DNA of 64,000 nucleotides from Oscillospiraceae bacterium (GCA_015065425.1 SVQH01000007.1:39038-103037), one strand, 5' to 3'; positions 16,582 to 26,832 are shown, counted from the stretch's first letter. Notes: generated by a model from the sequence alone, not told the origin. Numbers and translations: made by a program.

Positions 16582-17322
16582 ATGAATATAATTCTTAACG
16601 GTTTTTCAGGAAGAATGGGTGCAGCCGTTCTTGAAGTCACAGGAAACGGTTATATGAATGCGGAAGTGGTTGCAGGTGTAGACATCAACCCCAAAGACGG
16701 AGATATCCCTTGCTATACAACTTTTTCCGATATAAAAGAAAAAGCAGATTGCATAATCGATTTTTCCAATCACGCTTCCATAAAAGCAGTTGCCGATTAT
16801 GCTGTTGCTTCTTCTCTTCCCTTTGTTGTTTCCACAACGGGACATACGGATGAGGAAAAGGAGATAATCAGAAAGGCAAGTGAATCTGTCCCCGTGTTTT
16901 TCTCTGCAAATATGTCTATGGGCGTGGCTCTTCTCTGCCGCATGGCAACACTTGCCGCAAAGACTCTCCCCGGGGCAGATATTGAAATAGTTGAGACACA
17001 TCACAACAGAAAGCTTGATGCTCCCAGCGGAACCGCTCTCATGATTGCAAATGCCATAAAAAGTGTCAGAGAAAACGCAAAGTTTATTTTCGGAAGACAG
17101 GGAATGGCAAAGCGGGACAGCGATGAAATCGGTGTTCATGCCGTAAGACGCGGTAATATCGTGGGTATTCATGAGGTCATTGTTTCAACAGATTATGAAA
17201 CTGTTACTCTTAAACACGAAGCCCATTCAAGAACTCTTTTTGCAGAAGGTGCCATAGCTGCAGCAGACTTTATTGTCGGCAAAGCTCCGGGACTTTATGA
17301 TATGAGTTCTCTTATAGGTTAA
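16582..17322 (+). CDS. dapB: 4-hydroxy-tetrahydrodipicolinate reductase
   Basis: ETHHNRKLDAPSGTA signature; 246 aa. Confidence 0.9.
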   Translation: MNIILNGFSGRMGAAVLEVTGNGYMNAEVVAGVDINPKDGDIPCYTTFSDIKEKADCIIDFSNHASIKAVADYAVASSLPFVVSTTGHTDEEKEIIRKASESVPVFFSANMSMGVALLCRMATLAAKTLPGADIEIVETHHNRKLDAPSGTALMIANAIKSVRENAKFIFGRQGMAKRDSDEIGVHAVRRGNIVGIHEVIVSTDYETVTLKHEAHSRTLFAEGAIAAADFIVGKAPGLYDMSSLIG

Positions 17323-17347
17323 ATTTTTTTGAAATAAGGTGTTCAGT

Positions 17348-18328
17348 ATGAAAATAGGTATATACGGGTACGGAAATCTCGGTAAAGGTGTCGAATGTGC
17401 AATTATGCAGAATCCCGATGCCGAGCTTGTTGCGGTATTTACACGAAGAGAGCCTTCTTCTGTAAAAATCCTTACTCCGACTGCGGAAGTTGTTAAAGCT
17501 GACAAAGTGCTTGAATATAAAGACAGAATTGATGTTCTTGTCATCTGCGGCGGCAGTGCAACAGACCTTCCCGTAATGACTCCCGAACTTGCAAAGAATT
17601 TCAATGTTATAGATTCTTTTGATACCCATGCAAAAATCCCCGAGCATTTCAGAAATGTCGATGCCGCGGCGAAAGAAAACGGAAATATTGCACTCATTTC
17701 CGCAGGTTGGGATCCGGGTATGTTTTCCGTCAACCGTCTTATGGCTTCTGCCATTCTTCCTCAGGGTAAGGACTATACCTTCTGGGGCAGAGGAGTAAGT
17801 CAGGGACATTCTGATGCCATAAGAAGAATAGACGGGGTTCTTGATGCAAGACAGTATACGGTTCCCGTAGAGGAGGCAATGAACCGCGTGCGTGCAGGTG
17901 AAAATCCTGAGCTTACCACGAGAGAGAAGCACACCCGTGAATGCTTTGTCGTTGCAAAAGAGGGTGCCGACCTTGGAAGAATTGAAAATGAAATAAAAAC
18001 CATGCCCAACTATTTTGCCGATTATGATACCACCGTCACATTTATCACGAAGGAAGAGCTGGAAAGAGAGCACAAGGGAATTCCCCACGGCGGCAGTGTT
18101 ATAAGAACAGGTGTCACGGGAAAAGACAGCGAAAATAAGGAAATAATTGAATATAAGCTTACTCTTGATTCAAATCCTGAATTCACTGCCAGTGTTATTC
18201 TCTGTTATGCAAGGGCAATATATAAAATGAGAAGCAGAGGTGTTATCGGCTGCAAAAGTGTTTTTGATATTGCTCCCGCCGATATGTCTGCTGTGCCTTA
18301 TGATGAAATGTTAGCTAAGATGCTTTAA
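17348..18328 (+). CDS. ddh: meso-diaminopimelate D-dehydrogenase
   Basis: MKIGIYGYGNLGKG Rossmann N-terminus and GWDPGMFS. The size and its position between dapB and lysA fit ddh. Confidence 0.8.
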   Translation: MKIGIYGYGNLGKGVECAIMQNPDAELVAVFTRREPSSVKILTPTAEVVKADKVLEYKDRIDVLVICGGSATDLPVMTPELAKNFNVIDSFDTHAKIPEHFRNVDAAAKENGNIALISAGWDPGMFSVNRLMASAILPQGKDYTFWGRGVSQGHSDAIRRIDGVLDARQYTVPVEEAMNRVRAGENPELTTREKHTRECFVVAKEGADLGRIENEIKTMPNYFADYDTTVTFITKEELEREHKGIPHGGSVIRTGVTGKDSENKEIIEYKLTLDSNPEFTASVILCYARAIYKMRSRGVIGCKSVFDIAPADMSAVPYDEMLAKML

Positions 18329-18354
18329 TTATCATATAAATTAAGGAGTTTTTT

Positions 18355-19653
18355 ATGATTTGTGAAAACCTGTCCGTAAACTCCTGCGGTCACCTTACTT
18401 TCGCAGGACTTGACTGTGTGGAACTTGCCGCAAAATACGGTACTCCTCTTTATGTCATGGATGAAAACAGAATAAGACATAACTGCCGCGTATACATGAA
18501 TGCCATGAAAAAATATTTCGGAGAAAACAGTGCTTGTCTTTATGCCAGTAAAGCCTGTTCCTTCAAAAGGCTTTATGAAATAATCAAGGAAGAAGGCTTC
18601 GGAACGGACGTTGTATCTTCAGGTGAAGTTTATACTGCACTCAAGGCAGATTTTGACCTCGGAAATGCTTTTTTTCATTCAAATAACAAGACTGATGAGG
18701 ATATTGCCTTTGCTATAGACAGCGGTATCGGTTATTTTGTCTGCGATAATATTGAAGAAGTATATTCAATAAGTGCCATTGCAGGTGAAAAGGGTGTAAA
18801 ACAGAAGGTGCTTCTGAGACTTACTCCCGGTATTGACCCTCATACTTATGAAGCTGTGAATACGGGAAAGGTCGATTCAAAATTCGGTTCCGCCATTGAA
18901 ACAGGACAGGCTTTTGAAATAACAAAGACCACGCTGGGACTTCCCAATATAGATCTCAGAGGCTTCCACTGCCATATAGGCTCTCAGATATTTGACTCGG
19001 AAATATATATAAGAGGTTCTGAAATCATGCTTGAGTTTATAGCTCATGTAAGACAGAATCTCGGGTATACGGCAGAGATTCTCGATCTTGGCGGCGGTTA
19101 CGGTGTGAGATATATAGAAGCAAATCCTTATATTGACATTGACAGTAATATTAAGGGACTTGCAGATTTTATAAAAAGGACCGTGGCTCAGCTGGCAATT
19201 CCCATGCCCCGTATATGTCTTGAACCGGGAAGAAGCATAGTTGCAGATGCAGGACTTACTCTTTATACAGCAGGTACTGTAAAAAGAATACCCGGCTATA
19301 AGAACTATGTTTCAATAGACGGCGGTATGGCAGATAATCCGAGATATGCTCTTTACGGCTCATATTATACGGTAATGTCTGCTCTTCGCCCCGAAGCTCA
19401 GTGTGATATGCACTGCACTCTTGCAGGCAGATGCTGTGAAAGCGGAGACCTGATTCAGGAAAATATTTTCCTTCCCTCAGATATAAAAAGAGGCGAAATC
19501 ATTGCAGTGCTTACAACAGGAGCATACAATTACTCCATGAGCTCCAATTACAACCGTCTCGGAAAACCCGCAGTTGTAATGATAGCAGACGGGAAAGACT
19601 ATGTTGCGGTAAAACGGGAAACTCTTGATGATATAATAAGAAATGATGTATAA
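18355..19653 (+). CDS. lysA: diaminopimelate decarboxylase
   Basis: PLP-Lys context YASKA, plus HCHIGSQ, LDLGGGYG and CESGD. Confidence 0.92.
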   Translation: MICENLSVNSCGHLTFAGLDCVELAAKYGTPLYVMDENRIRHNCRVYMNAMKKYFGENSACLYASKACSFKRLYEIIKEEGFGTDVVSSGEVYTALKADFDLGNAFFHSNNKTDEDIAFAIDSGIGYFVCDNIEEVYSISAIAGEKGVKQKVLLRLTPGIDPHTYEAVNTGKVDSKFGSAIETGQAFEITKTTLGLPNIDLRGFHCHIGSQIFDSEIYIRGSEIMLEFIAHVRQNLGYTAEILDLGGGYGVRYIEANPYIDIDSNIKGLADFIKRTVAQLAIPMPRICLEPGRSIVADAGLTLYTAGTVKRIPGYKNYVSIDGGMADNPRYALYGSYYTVMSALRPEAQCDMHCTLAGRCCESGDLIQENIFLPSDIKRGEIIAVLTTGAYNYSMSSNYNRLGKPAVVMIADGKDYVAVKRETLDDIIRNDV

Positions 19654-19658
19654 TATTA

Positions 19659-19696
19659 CGGAGATGCTTCAGAAAAAGAAGCATCTCCGTGTTTTT
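19659..19696. terminator. bidirectional rho-independent terminator (lysA / glycosyltransferase convergent)
   Basis: cggagatgcttc-agaaaaa-gaagcatctccg followed by tgttttt. Confidence 0.8.
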
Positions 19697-19733
19697 GCTG
19701 CTAAAATTTTATTATAACATATTTTACCGATTT

Positions 19734-20813
19734 TCAGGATATATAAAGTTTCAGGTTTGCTTTTATCCTTTCATTATCGGGAGAAAACTCCAATGCTTTT
19801 TTTGCATTTTCTTCTGCGTTCTTTTTATCTCCGATATAGTAATAAGCAACGGAGAGAAGGTCGTAGGGTTTGTCTCTGTGATTTTCTGTGTTGGTGATGT
19901 AAGTGTTGCGGAGCTCTGTTATCTCCAATGCTTTGTTTATGAAAGTTATGACTCCGTGCCAGTTTTTTTCTCTGTAAAGAAATTCGGCTGTGTCCATCCA
20001 CGGTTCTCTTATGTAAGGGGCTTCGGCACAGGCACTAAGAAGACGGAGGAACGCTTCATTTTTTCTGCCTGTTGCCTCAAGACATTTTGCTATATATCTC
20101 ATGGATGCACATCTTTCATCTTTCCATAGTGCAGTTCTTAAGGACAGATGTTTTTCCAGTACGGATATTGCTTCTTCATATCTTCCGTAATACATGTATT
20201 CTCTTCCGAGATAATGCATATTACGGTCATCCTCGGGTGCTTCTTTTACCGACAGTTCAAGAAGGGGCAGATACTGCTTGCGGGATTTTTCTTTATCGGG
20301 GAGATGATTCAACTGTACACCCTCGGCAAAAATTGTTATCGGAGCATCTTTACCTTGATATGACAATACCTCATGTACCGGATGTGTCCATGAAAAACCG
20401 TGTCGGCGGTGCGTTTTTTCAATGTTGAAAACCGTGTTTTCACTGCCGTCGGGATTAAAAGACCAAGTATAGCGATAGCTTACTTTGTGGGGACGGGAAA
20501 CGAGGGCTTTTTCAAGCTTATCTCTCCAACCCTTTTCAAAAACCTCATCAATATCTGTGCATATACAATAATCCGTGTCGGCAGGCACTTTTTCAAGACT
20601 TTTGTTTCTTGCTGTGTCAAACCGCCACGGATGTATTTTTTCACTGTATACTGTTACCTTTGGGAAGGAGGAAAGAATCTCAACGGTTCTGTCTTCACTT
20701 CCCGTATCAAGAACGATAATATCGTCTGCTTCACTCATGCTTTGTGCCCATCGGGCTGCAAATTTTTCCTCATTTTTTGCAATGGCGTAAACACTTATTC
20801 TGAATCTATCCAT
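19734..20813 (-). CDS. family 2 glycosyltransferase with C-terminal TPR repeats
   Basis: Start at MDRFRISVYAIAKNEEKF after AAGGAG. GT2-type DTGSED and TDIDE motifs are present, and the C-terminal half is TPR-like. It lies directly downstream of the collagen-like gene on the same strand. Confidence 0.75.
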   Translation of the reverse strand: MDRFRISVYAIAKNEEKFAARWAQSMSEADDIIVLDTGSEDRTVEILSSFPKVTVYSEKIHPWRFDTARNKSLEKVPADTDYCICTDIDEVFEKGWRDKLEKALVSRPHKVSYRYTWSFNPDGSENTVFNIEKTHRRHGFSWTHPVHEVLSYQGKDAPITIFAEGVQLNHLPDKEKSRKQYLPLLELSVKEAPEDDRNMHYLGREYMYYGRYEEAISVLEKHLSLRTALWKDERCASMRYIAKCLEATGRKNEAFLRLLSACAEAPYIREPWMDTAEFLYREKNWHGVITFINKALEITELRNTYITNTENHRDKPYDLLSVAYYYIGDKKNAEENAKKALEFSPDNERIKANLKLYIS

Positions 20814-20880
20814 GATTTCTCCTTTTCTCGCAGAGTGCGGGGAGGTTTTTTCGCACTCTGCATAAGTGATAGCTGATGAT

Positions 20881-21609
20881 TTATGGTGTTGGTAAGACAA
20901 AATTCAGTACATAGTCAGGCGGAGTTCCCGTAAGCGTAACAGAAGGGTCGGCTCCCGTGGTAACTGTACCGATTGTAAAGGTAGGAGTTACTCCGTCGGT
21001 ACCTGCAGGACCCGTAGGACCTGTAGGACCTGTAGCACCGTCGACACCTGCAGGACCCGTAGGGCCGGTAGGACCTGTAGCACCGTCGACACCTGCAGGA
21101 CCCGTAGGGCCGGTAGGACCTGTAGCACCGTCGGCACCTGCAGGACCTGTGGGACCTGTAGCCCCGTCAGCACCTGCAGGACCTGTGGGACCTGTAGCAC
21201 CGTCGACACCCGCAGGACCTGTGGGACCTGTAGCACCGTCGACACCCGCAGGACCGGTAGGACCTGTAGCCCCGTCAGTACCTGCCGGACCAGCCGGACC
21301 TATAGTTCCCTGAGGGCCCTGAGGACCCTGAGGACCGATGGGGCCTGTAGCTCCCTGAAGTCCCTGAACCCCTTGAGGACCTGTGACTCCCTGTTCTCCC
21401 TGAAGTCCCTGAACTCCTTGTATTCCCTGAACACCCTGAGGACCTGTAGGTCCCTGAGGACCCGTAGGGCCTGTAGGACCTGTCGGTCCTTGAGAAACGG
21501 GTGGTACGGGAGGAAAGACAGGAGGACACATTGGTTCGTAGCAGTGCCTGTGTATGTTCATGTTGTCCGAAAATGTTCCTCTTGATGAGAAGCAGTTACA
21601 TTCAGCCAT
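20881..21609 (-). CDS. collagen-like triple-helix repeat protein (BclA-like spore/exosporium surface protein candidate)
   Basis: Start at MAECNCF after AAGGAGG. It has a 40-aa Cys/Pro-rich N-terminus, 166 aa of uninterrupted G-X-Y triplets, and a 36-aa tail [10 protein letters not shown]...LNFVLPTP. Confidence 0.85.
   Translation of the reverse strand: MAECNCFSSRGTFSDNMNIHRHCYEPMCPPVFPPVPPVSQGPTGPTGPTGPQGPTGPQGVQGIQGVQGLQGEQGVTGPQGVQGLQGATGPIGPQGPQGPQGTIGPAGPAGTDGATGPTGPAGVDGATGPTGPAGVDGATGPTGPAGADGATGPTGPAGADGATGPTGPTGPAGVDGATGPTGPTGPAGVDGATGPTGPTGPAGTDGVTPTFTIGTVTTGADPSVTLTGTPPDYVLNFVLPTP
20992..21489 (-). repeat. G-X-Y collagen repeat region including near-identical 36-nt ([12 protein letters not shown]) tandem units
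   Basis: Direct reading. Several spurious ORFs appear in other frames and on the opposite strand because of the repeat. Confidence 0.9.
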
Positions 21610-21847
21610 TAAAAAAACCTCCTTTGCCGGAAGATTGCGAAAATGTATTCGCATTGCATTATACGCAAAAATGCTTATAATGTGAGCTTCGCAAGCAGAT
21701 TATTTTGACATTTTTGCAGTTGATTATGTAGATTATGTATGTTATAATATTTTGATATATAAAAGCATTTTTCGGTTATCTGTAAGGATATCATCGTGTA
21801 CTGATGACACGGTTTCAATATTTTTATGATTTTTTCGGAGGTCTGTT

Positions 21848-23878
21848 TTGGGTCGCAGAATTTGGAATGTTTTACAATATGATAAGAATGCGGCATCCCT
21901 GCTTGCACTTAAATGCGGTGTGGACGATCTTGCCGTATTGCTTTTGCAGGCACGGGGAATGAAAACGGCTGAAGAAATTCTCGATTTTCTGTCGGCAGAC
22001 AAGAAGGAACTTTCATCTCCGTTTCTCCTGAAAGATATGGAAAAAGCCGCAGACAGAATAAGCCGTGCTGTCGATAACGGCGAGAGAATACATGTCTTCG
22101 GAGATTACGATGCCGATGGAGTTACGGCTACTGCACTTCTTGTTTCATATCTTGAAACTTTGGGAGCGGATGTTACCTGCTCAATTCCCTCAAGGCTTAA
22201 TGATGGCTACGGACTTTCACCCGAGGCGGCGAACAGAATAGCTGATATGGGAACGGGACTTGTGATAACCGTGGATAACGGAATTGCCTCCTTCTCTGAG
22301 GCAGAGATATTCAAAGCCCGCGGAATAGATTTTATCATTACAGACCATCATACGGTGGGCGAGAGTCTTCCCGATGCTTATGCGGTGATTGACCCGCACA
22401 GAGCCGACGACGATTCACCCGAAGAAAATCTTGCAGGTGTCGGAGTGGCTCTCAAACTCATTGCTGCCCTTGAAGGCGGAGAATATGATTATGTACTTGA
22501 AGATTACGGTGACCTTGTAGCCATAGGTACCATTGCGGACATAGTTCCTCTTACGGGAGAAAACAGGATAATTGTTTCAAGAGGACTGAAATCCATTGAA
22601 AGAAGCTTCCGTCCCGGTATTGTAAGTCTTATAGAAAATGCAGGTCTTAAAAACGGTATAAGTGCAACGGGTGTTGCTTTCGGTATTGCCCCGAGAATCA
22701 ATGCCGCAGGAAGAATAGATAACGCAGAAACTGCACTGAGACTTCTTATGACTGAGGATTTTGAGGAAGCAGAAAAACTGGCTTACGAAATATCCTGTTC
22801 TAACACCGAGAGACAGAGTGTTGAAGCTGCCATAAGTGAAGAAATTGAAAAATATTTTGACGAAAATCCCTCTTGCAGACTTGACAGGGTTCTTGTTGCT
22901 GCGGGAGAAAACTGGCATCCCGGTGTTATAGGTATAGCCGCATCAAGACTTGTTGATAAATACGGCAGACCTGCCGTTGTCATATCTGTTGATGAAGACG
23001 GCTGTGCAAGAGGCTCATGCAGAAGCATTGAGGGACTGGGGCTTTATGATGCACTGTCGTATTGTTCGGAATATCTTGTTCAGTTCGGCGGTCATACCCT
23101 TGCCGCAGGCTTTTCAGTCATGAAAGATAATATTGACGCTTTCAGAAAAAAAATCAATGAATATGCAGCATCGCTTCCGCCGTTTTATCCTTCTCTTAAC
23201 ATTGATCTGAGGCTTAATCCCGGCGGACTTTGTACTGAAATACTTGATTCTCTTGCCATGCTTGAGCCTTACGGAGCAGGAAATCCCACACCTATGTTCG
23301 GTCTTTTCGGAATGACCGTTTCGGGAGTAAAATCAATCGGCGGGGAAAAGCATATCAGACTTACTCTTACAAAAGACGGTGAGAGTATCAGTGCCGTATA
23401 TTTCGGTCAACCCCTTGTAAGCTTTCCTTATATTATAGGGGATAAGGTTGATATTGCGTGTAAAATAGAAAAAAATGAGTATAAAGGTGAAGTTAAACTC
23501 AGTATACAGATAAAGGATATAAGACCTGCGGGAGAAGATGACAGGGAATTGTTTTATGCTCTCGGTGTGTATAAAAATTTCCTCAGAGGGGAAAATCTTT
23601 CCGAAAAAGAAAGACTGCTTCTCTGTCCCGACAGAGCACTTCTCAGTGATGTATACAGGTTTATAAGAGAAAAGAAAGAATGGAAATATTCCCCCGAAAT
23701 ACTTTGCATGAGACTTAATGTGCCTGCAAAAAAAGCAGGTGCGGTACAAATTTGTCTAGATGCACTTACAGATGTGGGAATACTCAGTGAAAAAGACAGT
23801 GTATATATGCTTACCGCTTTTCAGGGAAAAGCAGACCTCGGAAACTGTAGTCTTCTGAGAAAACTCGGATATAATTAA
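21848..23878 (+). CDS. recJ: single-stranded-DNA-specific exonuclease RecJ
   Basis: TTG start 7 nt after GGAGG. DHH motifs GDYDADGVT and TDHH are present, with GGHTLAAG in the DHHA1 domain. Confidence 0.9.
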   Translation: MGRRIWNVLQYDKNAASLLALKCGVDDLAVLLLQARGMKTAEEILDFLSADKKELSSPFLLKDMEKAADRISRAVDNGERIHVFGDYDADGVTATALLVSYLETLGADVTCSIPSRLNDGYGLSPEAANRIADMGTGLVITVDNGIASFSEAEIFKARGIDFIITDHHTVGESLPDAYAVIDPHRADDDSPEENLAGVGVALKLIAALEGGEYDYVLEDYGDLVAIGTIADIVPLTGENRIIVSRGLKSIERSFRPGIVSLIENAGLKNGISATGVAFGIAPRINAAGRIDNAETALRLLMTEDFEEAEKLAYEISCSNTERQSVEAAISEEIEKYFDENPSCRLDRVLVAAGENWHPGVIGIAASRLVDKYGRPAVVISVDEDGCARGSCRSIEGLGLYDALSYCSEYLVQFGGHTLAAGFSVMKDNIDAFRKKINEYAASLPPFYPSLNIDLRLNPGGLCTEILDSLAMLEPYGAGNPTPMFGLFGMTVSGVKSIGGEKHIRLTLTKDGESISAVYFGQPLVSFPYIIGDKVDIACKIEKNEYKGEVKLSIQIKDIRPAGEDDRELFYALGVYKNFLRGENLSEKERLLLCPDRALLSDVYRFIREKKEWKYSPEILCMRLNVPAKKAGAVQICLDALTDVGILSEKDSVYMLTAFQGKADLGNCSLLRKLGYN

Positions 23879-23897
23879 TGAAGAAGGAGGAAAACAG

Positions 23898-26087
23898 ATG
23901 AGTATTACTGAGGAGTATTATTCAGCTTTTAAGTCAGCGGTAGATGCCGCCTTTTCACAGCAGGACGCGGCAATAATTGAAGATGCGTACAATTATGCCA
24001 ATGAAGCACATAACGGACAGCTAAGAAAATCGGGTGAACCGTACATTATCCATCCCATTTCCGTTGCAAAAATACTTATCGGCTTCGGAATGGACCGTCA
24101 GTCTGTTGTTGCCGCCCTTCTTCATGATGTTGTGGAGGATACCCCCATTACAAGCGAAGAGGTCAGACGCCGTTTCGGTGCAGATGTTCAGTATCTTGTC
24201 GAAGGCGTTACAAAGCTCGGTAAAGTTCCTCTTCAGAATAAGGAGGAGCAGCAGGCTGAAAATCTCAGAAAGCTTCTTCTTGCCATGAGTGAAGACATCA
24301 GGGTAATTATCATAAAGCTTGCTGACCGTCTTCATAATATGAGAACGCTTAAATATGTGTCGGAGCAAAAAAGAAGAGATACAGCAAAGGAGACCATTGA
24401 AATCTATGCTCCCATTGCCCATCGTCTCGGTATCAGACCCGTAAAGGATGAGCTTGAAGACCTTGCAATAAGCTATCTTGATCCCATAGCTTACAAGGAA
24501 ATTGAAGATGCTCTTGCAGAACAGGAGCCGCTGCGAAAAGAATTTCTTGAAAATATAAAAGAAAAAATCGCCGTAAGAATCAAAACGGTGGTTTCGGAAG
24601 CAGTTGTGCAGGGCAGAATCAAATCTGTTCACGGTATATACAGAAAAATGTATATGCAGGGCAAGAGCTTTGAAGAAATATATGATATCTATGCCGTAAG
24701 AATAATTGTTGAAAGCGTCGGTGACTGTTATAACTGTCTCGGTGTAATTCACGATATGTATAAGCCCATTCAGGGGCGTTTCAAGGATTATATCTCCACT
24801 CCCAAGCCCAATATGTATCAGTCTCTTCATACCACTCTTATAGGAAAAGAGGGAATCCCCTTTGAGGTTCAGATAAGAACGGAAGAGATGCACAAAACCG
24901 CTGAGTACGGTATTGCTGCTCATTGGAAGTATAAGCTCGGATATAAAGACAAGGATGCGGACAAGAAGCTTGAAAAAGGTATAGGTTGGGTAAAGCATCT
25001 TCTTGAAGCACAGAGCGAATCAGACGATGCATCCGATCTTCTCAATACAATAAAGCATGACTTTGTAAGTGATGAAGTATATGTATTTACTCCAAAAGGA
25101 GATGTCATCTGTCTTCCCGTAGGAGCTACGGTAATTGACTTTGCCTATGCCATTCACTCTGCTGTCGGTAACAAAATGACAGGAGCCAAGGTTGACAAGC
25201 GTATAGTGCAGTTGAATTATGCCGTAAAAACAGGTGAAATAGTCGAGATACTTACATCTTCCCAGCCCGGTAAGGGTCCGTCAAGAGACTGGCTGAAAAT
25301 AGTTACCACCAATGAAGCAAGAACAAAAATACGCTCATGGTTCAAGAAAGAAAGACGGGAAGAAAATATTGTTGAGGGTAAAAGCGAATATGAAAGTCAG
25401 CTGAGAAGAAACAATATGTCCATGACAGATGCCCAGGAGGAGCAGCTGCTGAATATCATTATAGAAAAGCAGAAATTTGCCACCTTTGATGATTTCTTTG
25501 CAGCACTCGGATACGGCGGTGTCGTCCTTTCAAAGATAATGCCCATGATAAAGGACGAATACAATAAGATAGTAAAGGCATCCCAGGATACTACTGTCAA
25601 GTATAAGCAGGCAAAGACCGTCAGCAGTGAAGGCGTTGTGGTGGAGGGTATTTCCAACTGTCTCATAAAGCTTTCAAGATGCTGTAATCCCATTCCCGGT
25701 GACGATATCATCGGCTTCATTACAAGAGGCCACGGCGTATCGGTCCATAAGAAGGATTGTCCCAATGTTCCCGATGATACGTTTAATTGTTCTGAACCTC
25801 ACCGCTGGATAAAGGTGTACTGGAACAGCACAGTCAAGGCGGAATTTTCCGCATCAATGCTTATAACCTGTCTTGCGGGTAAAATGACCATGAATGACAT
25901 TTTTACTGCTCTTAATGCAATTCATGTCACCGTTCAGTCTATAAATACAAGAGGAACAAAAGACGGCAGAGTGCTTGTAAATCTCACAATAGCCGCCAAC
26001 AGTGTTGAACATCTGAAATCGGTCATGGCAAGGCTCGGAAAACTTTCCGGTGTGCTGAGTGTTGACCGTTCGGGTGCAGATATATAA
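23898..26087 (+). CDS. relA: bifunctional (p)ppGpp synthetase/hydrolase (RelA/SpoT homologue)
   Basis: HD domain HPISVA...LLHDVVEDT and synthetase block GRIKSVHGIYRKM...YQSLHTT. TGS and ACT-like C-terminal regions are present. Confidence 0.92.
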   Translation: MSITEEYYSAFKSAVDAAFSQQDAAIIEDAYNYANEAHNGQLRKSGEPYIIHPISVAKILIGFGMDRQSVVAALLHDVVEDTPITSEEVRRRFGADVQYLVEGVTKLGKVPLQNKEEQQAENLRKLLLAMSEDIRVIIIKLADRLHNMRTLKYVSEQKRRDTAKETIEIYAPIAHRLGIRPVKDELEDLAISYLDPIAYKEIEDALAEQEPLRKEFLENIKEKIAVRIKTVVSEAVVQGRIKSVHGIYRKMYMQGKSFEEIYDIYAVRIIVESVGDCYNCLGVIHDMYKPIQGRFKDYISTPKPNMYQSLHTTLIGKEGIPFEVQIRTEEMHKTAEYGIAAHWKYKLGYKDKDADKKLEKGIGWVKHLLEAQSESDDASDLLNTIKHDFVSDEVYVFTPKGDVICLPVGATVIDFAYAIHSAVGNKMTGAKVDKRIVQLNYAVKTGEIVEILTSSQPGKGPSRDWLKIVTTNEARTKIRSWFKKERREENIVEGKSEYESQLRRNNMSMTDAQEEQLLNIIIEKQKFATFDDFFAALGYGGVVLSKIMPMIKDEYNKIVKASQDTTVKYKQAKTVSSEGVVVEGISNCLIKLSRCCNPIPGDDIIGFITRGHGVSVHKKDCPNVPDDTFNCSEPHRWIKVYWNSTVKAEFSASMLITCLAGKMTMNDIFTALNAIHVTVQSINTRGTKDGRVLVNLTIAANSVEHLKSVMARLGKLSGVLSVDRSGADI

Positions 26088-26126
26088 CAGGTCAGTGTAT
26101 TCAAACAAACAAAAGGAGAGATTATT

Positions 26127-26366
26127 GTGAAAAAGAAATTATACCGTTCTCAGAAGGAAAGAAAACTCACAGGTGTATGCGGCGGACTTTCTGAATATTT
26201 CGGATTTGATGTTACATTTATACGACTTATTTTTATTCTTCTCTGCTTTTTATTTGGTCTGGGACTGTTCATTTATGTCGTTCTCAGCATTATTACCCCT
26301 AAAGATATAGGATATACACCTTATAAAGAAGTAACTGATTCGGCGGAGAGCAAAAGAGACAGATGA
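26127..26366 (+). CDS. PspC domain-containing membrane protein
   Basis: GTG start after AAGGAGAG. The sequence LYRSQKERKLTGVCGGLSEYFGFD is followed by a TM segment. Confidence 0.7.
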   Translation: MKKKLYRSQKERKLTGVCGGLSEYFGFDVTFIRLIFILLCFLFGLGLFIYVVLSIITPKDIGYTPYKEVTDSAESKRDR

Positions 26367-26821
26367 AAGCAGTAATACAAAGAGTTCTCTCTGCCTGTGT
26401 CAGAGTGGACAGAGAAATTGTCGGAAAAGTCGATAAGGGACTTCTCGTGCTTCTCGGAGTGATGGAAGGCGATGGGGAAAAGGAAGCTGAAACAATGGCT
26501 TCTAAAACAGCAAAACTGCGTATTTTTGAGGACAGTGATGAAAAAATGAATCTGTCTGTTCTCGATGTCGAAGGGGAGATACTGAGTGTATCTCAGTTTA
26601 CACTTTGTGCCGATGTAAAAAAAGGCAATCGTCCTTCTTTTACCCCCTCTGCTGAGCCCTCTGAAGCAAAAAGACTTTATGAATACTTTAACGAATGCCT
26701 GAAAAAAGAAGGCGTAAAATCAGTAGAGACGGGAATTTTTGCCGCCGATATGAAAGTGGAGCTTATCAATGACGGCCCCGTTACCATTATTTTTGATACG
26801 GATACATGGATTAAAAAATAA
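26363..26821 (+). CDS. dtd: D-aminoacyl-tRNA deacylase
   Basis: MKAVIQRV...GLLVLLGV...SQFTL signature, in the canonical position after relA. Confidence 0.9.
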   Translation: MKAVIQRVLSACVRVDREIVGKVDKGLLVLLGVMEGDGEKEAETMASKTAKLRIFEDSDEKMNLSVLDVEGEILSVSQFTLCADVKKGNRPSFTPSAEPSEAKRLYEYFNECLKKEGVKSVETGIFAADMKVELINDGPVTIIFDTDTWIKK

Positions 26822-26832
26822 GAGTGAAAAAT

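Noticed and set aside
20957-21585. Plus- and minus-strand ORFs in alternative frames over the collagen-like gene (20957..21313 +, 20988..21245 -, 21275..21529 -, 21373..21585 +)
   Set aside because: They are artefacts of the GC-rich G-X-Y repeat, which is open in many frames. Only the frame giving Gly every third residue has an RBS and ATG and continues into non-repetitive termini.
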